Source: Candidatus Cloacimonadales bacterium (GTDB lineage Bacteria; Cloacimonadota; Cloacimonadia; Cloacimonadales; JAIOQZ01). From it: DNA of 64,000 bases. How positions within the stretch are numbered: position 1 is the stretch's first letter; every line of letters begins with the position of its first letter. Made by a program: the position numbers and the translations under genes. The notes beneath the pieces were generated by a model. The model searched no databases and had not been told where the DNA came from. It worked only from the letters and a program-made list of their open reading frames with translations. Location: positions 256,001 through 320,000 of the forward strand of contig CAXXTU010000002.1 of assembly GCA_963662655.2 (NCBI GenBank). The letters run 5' to 3'. Shown piece by piece: positions 60,587-64,000 of this stretch.

Positions 60587-62969
60587 ATGCGTTTTGCCAT
60601 GCTTGTCGTGCTACTCATTCCTTGTTGTTGTCTTCTATCGGAAACCCTCACCGTTGCCCTCGACGGCAGCCAGGACTACACAAGCGTACAAGCTGCTGTT
60701 AATGCCGCAAACAACGGCGATGTGGTTCTTGTGCACCCAGGAACTTACTACGAGAATATCGTCATCGATGACAAGTTCATCACGCTCGCAAGCTTGAACT
60801 ACACGACTGGCGAGGAGCAATACATACACTCCACTATCCTCGATGGAAACTTCAGTGGCTCCGTTGTTCGTATGGTACTGGAAACTTCGCCCCAGCCAGC
60901 GGACGCCATCATTCAAGGTTTCACGATCATTCATGGTACAGGTTACATAAGAAACTGGTATTGGCCCGAATACGGGGGGGGGGGTTTATGTTGTTTGTGG
61001 AAATTATGATTACTGGATTGATGTAAAAATCTCAAATTGCCAGGTAAAATATAATGAAGCCGAATTTGGGGCGGGGATAAGATTCCATTACTGGGGTAAT
61101 CTCTACATGAGAAACGTTAGTATTCATGACAATACTGCATGGAGTTCGGCTGCTGGAATAAGTATAAACTACTCGTCACTGATAACATACCCGGAGTCCC
61201 CGTGCAATTTCTACGATAATATCGCTGCAACGGGACATGATATTACTATCGCTAATGCACTGAATGATTATGAAATCTACGCTGATACGCTAACGACAGA
61301 AACCCCCTATCCTGCCTATGCCGGTATCCAGTTTGATGACTATGTTACACCCGAGCCGCAATTGATTCTCCATCACAATCACTGGACATTCGAGGAGACG
61401 GATGCCGACCTGTACGTTTCTCCAAACGGTGATGACGGAAACAGCGGATTGAGCCCGGCCGATCCATTGCGTACGATTCGCAGAGCAAGCTACATGATTG
61501 CTTCCAATCCAGTATCTCCTCGGAGTATTTATCTCGAACCGGGTGTATATACAGACCTAAATGGAAATCAGGAATACGGTGTTGGTCTAAAATCACACGT
61601 GTCTCTCATTGGGGCTGGTTCCGATATGACATTTCTGGAGACGTATAATGCGCAGAAATTATTGTATTGTGGCTATGCCGATAGCATCAGGATTTCGGGC
61701 ATGACGCTCGCAAATTATTATCCTGTCTATCAGGATGAGATATGGTCTCCTCATACGTTATACTTACTTCATTGCACAGGCGCACTCGTCGAGGACATTC
61801 ATGTCTCGGGGCTCGAAACAGGCAGACTTCCATCTGTTACGCTGATTGGATCAAATCAGTTAACGTTGCGCAATGCTGTAGTAGAGAACAACGAAGGGTA
61901 TCTGGATGCAGGGCTTCTTGTGAATGGCCAAGACGTCATAATTGAAGATTGTATTGTTCGAAACAATCACGCCATTGGCGATGAGCCAGAATACAATTCG
62001 AACTCAGGCTTCAATATAAACGTCTGCGGTGATTCTCATATTAACGGCTTGGTCGTAGTGAACAACATAAATGACTTTGGGGCAGACTGGCACAGAGTGG
62101 GCGTTATCCTAAACGGAAGGGCAGAATCTGGCGCACACCTTGTGGTCTCAAATAGTCTTTTTGCCGATAATGTTTCACCCAATGACCACACTTTCTTCGT
62201 CGAGCCAAATTCTGGAAGCATTGCATTCGTGAATTGCACGTTCGCAGGCAATCAATCCGAGTATAGCACTATTCTGGTTCATCGAGTGAGTGATCAGTTT
62301 GATGTCGACCCAACACGATTTGTAAACTGTGTGTTTTACGATGAAACTGCGTACGAGTTTGAGAATGACAGCTCTGCGCCATGTGCGATAGAAGTGGGCT
62401 ACTCTCTTGTGAATAACGGAATTGACGGAATTTATTCCCCGAACAACGAGGTCATCTGGGGTGATGGTAATCTCGATCTCAATCCACTACTGACCAATGC
62501 CGAGCAATTTTACTACCCGCAGGAGGACTCCCCGCTCATCAACGCCGGTACGCCCGACACGACCGGACTGGGACTTCCGTCGCTCGACCTCTGCAAACGC
62601 GCACGGGTGTGGGACGGCTGTGTCGATATCGGCTGCCACGAATATGGCTCCGTGGGCGTCTCACCAGAGCCGGAACCTGAGGATGTCCCGGCAACAGCAC
62701 TTGCTCTTGCCAACTACCCGAATCCGTTCAATCCGTGGACACGCATCACATATAGCCTGCCAGAAGCAGCTCACGTGAAACTTAACGTGTACAATATTCG
62801 AGGGCAACGCGTAACGATACTGGTGGACGAACACCTCGCTGCCGGCAGGCACACCGCTGTCTGGGATGGCCGCAATGAGCGGATGAAGATCGTGGCGGGT
62901 GGGGTGTACTTGCTGCGCCTGCAAGCAGGGGATAGGACTGAGGTGCAGAAGGTGCTGATGGTGAAGTAG
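60587..62969 (+). pseudogene. FlgD-Ig/T9SS-tailed beta-helix surface protein frameshifted at a G11 tract
   Basis: AGGAGG RBS, signal peptide; removing one G at 60974-60984 joins ORFs 60560-61009 and 61107-62969 via YGGGVY. Confidence 0.85.
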
Positions 62970-63043
62970 GGGTTTTGGGATGTATGCTGTCTTCGGATAA
63001 ACAGATTTTCCTTTCAGAAGTGAAGAAAACGAATCGAAAGGAC

Positions 63044-63214
63044 TTTGACGACGCACAGAAACATGTGGAGAAAGCAGTTTAGATATACAACGAAGAGCGG
63101 CTCAACATCATGCAGGATTATCGCACGCCAAACGAGATTTTGAATGCGACATAGGAATCTACCGAAACGAAATTAAACAAAAAAAAAGCAGGTCAACTAT
63201 TTTAGGACGAGACA
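63044..63214 (+). mobile_element. IS3-family transposase 3' remnant with right inverted repeat
   Basis: FDDAQKHVEKAV*IYNEERLNIMQDYRTPNEILNAT*, resembling YN..R.H..L.Y.TP; ends gtcaactattttaggacgagaca. Confidence 0.7.
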
Positions 63215-63216
63215 GC

Positions 63217-63354
63217 TGTAAAGTGACATCTACATTTTCACACTTTGTGACAGCATGTTTTCCTTCATTCCAGTTCCTGAAGTGACAGGAAATACTTTTA
63301 TCTTTCGCCCTCTCAATCGCATTCATGTAGTCACTCTCCCAAACATCCAGTGAC
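63217..63354 (+). repeat. Imperfect direct repeat of 55599-55735
   Basis: Shared tgtaaagtgaca, cactttgtgacagcatgttttcc, gaagtgacaggaaat, atgtagtcactct blocks in the same order and spacing. Confidence 0.88.
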
Positions 63355-63414
63355 AGAAAATTTAACCCCCTAATAAAGCTTTATGTCACTCAGTCGTTAA
63401 GCTACAGAGCCACG

Positions 63415-63444
63415 AAAAAAGCGGAACCGATTTCTCGATTCCGC
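63415..63444 (-). terminator. Terminator of ompH
   Basis: aaaaaagcggaa...ttccgc. Confidence 0.65.
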
Positions 63445-63464
63445 CCAGGAAAGGTTGTATCGTC

Positions 63465-63989
63465 CTATTTACCAGCCTTATCCACGCCTTCCGCGATTTC
63501 GTCGGTGATATTGGTGGGCTCAATGGATTCTTTGAGATAGATAACTTCTGTTGTCGTGACGTCGATAATCACGTCGATATCCATTTCGGCAGCGAGGTCG
63601 TTGATCGCTTTCTGCGTGTTATCGAGAAGAGGCTTGATCAATTCTTCGTGCTTGACTTCCGCTTCACCGCCTTCACCGTAGATTTCCCCGCGAGCGGTTT
63701 CAAACTCTGTGTTCGCCTTTTTCAGCCTTTTTTTCGTAGCTTCGGATGAATCGCCGGCGTTGACGAGTCCCTGTAAGCGCTTGACTTCGGCCATCAGGAG
63801 GTCCAGCTCGTTCTGCCAGCTGTTTTGGAGCTTTTCATACTCTTTGGCGGCTTTCTGGTAGGCCGTTGACTTGACAAGCAGGCTGTCCGGATTCAAGTAA
63901 CAAACTTTCAGCGATGTGGCTTGAGACGCAGGTTCCACGGCTTGCAGCATCGCTGCGGCAAGTATTAAGATCATCAGAATGTATTTCAT
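63465..63989 (-). CDS. ompH: OmpH/Skp family periplasmic chaperone
   Basis: Signal peptide, KVCYLN, coiled coil, DVIID, NITDEI; AAGGAG RBS. Confidence 0.8.
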   Translation of the reverse strand: MKYILMILILAAAMLQAVEPASQATSLKVCYLNPDSLLVKSTAYQKAAKEYEKLQNSWQNELDLLMAEVKRLQGLVNAGDSSEATKKRLKKANTEFETARGEIYGEGGEAEVKHEELIKPLLDNTQKAINDLAAEMDIDVIIDVTTTEVIYLKESIEPTNITDEIAEGVDKAGK

Positions 63990-64000
63990 TTCGACTCCTT

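Larger units (their letters stand above)
55448..63400. mobile_element. Degenerate genomic island downstream of tRNA-Pro
   Basis: Flanking direct repeats, IS3 remnants, phage-like gene, interrupted cargo; no intact integrase or transposase. Confidence 0.75.

Noticed and set aside
57005..62969. Diversity-generating retroelement target
   Set aside because: No reverse transcriptase or TR/VR pair seen

Overview
Bacterial chromosomal window, probably Cloacimonadota or a related FCB-group anaerobe. This is inferred from four secreted proteins ending in a '(Y/V)PNPFNP...MLLLK' FlgD-Ig/T9SS-type tail. Most of it is housekeeping or metabolic: secG, dapD, a xanthine-dehydrogenase cluster, pyrG, murI, htpG with a CIRCE, nadB, tmk, two S41 proteases, a SWIM-SNF2 helicase and ompH, plus secreted cysteine proteases of families C25, C10 and C1A. 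Most notable: (1) a tRNA-Leu gene behind secG whose anticodon reads AAG (A34, rare in bacteria), with a single-gene islet at its 3' end; (2) a decayed ~7.9 kb island behind tRNA-Pro(GGG), bracketed by ~140 bp direct repeats built from an arrayed GTGAC-N7/8-TTTCC motif and by inverted IS3-family right ends, carrying a phage tail-fibre-like gene and two interrupted surface-protein genes (in-frame TAA; G11 frameshift); (3) an ABC-ATPase + DUF4276/TOPRIM candidate defence pair next to that tRNA; (4) a tandem lipoprotein array with an unannotated fourth pseudogene copy; (5) two apparently incomplete signalling modules; (6) a Mo-then-FAD fused xanthine dehydrogenase; (7) two copies of a long covarying palindrome. 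All calls come from reading motifs by eye; no database search was run.
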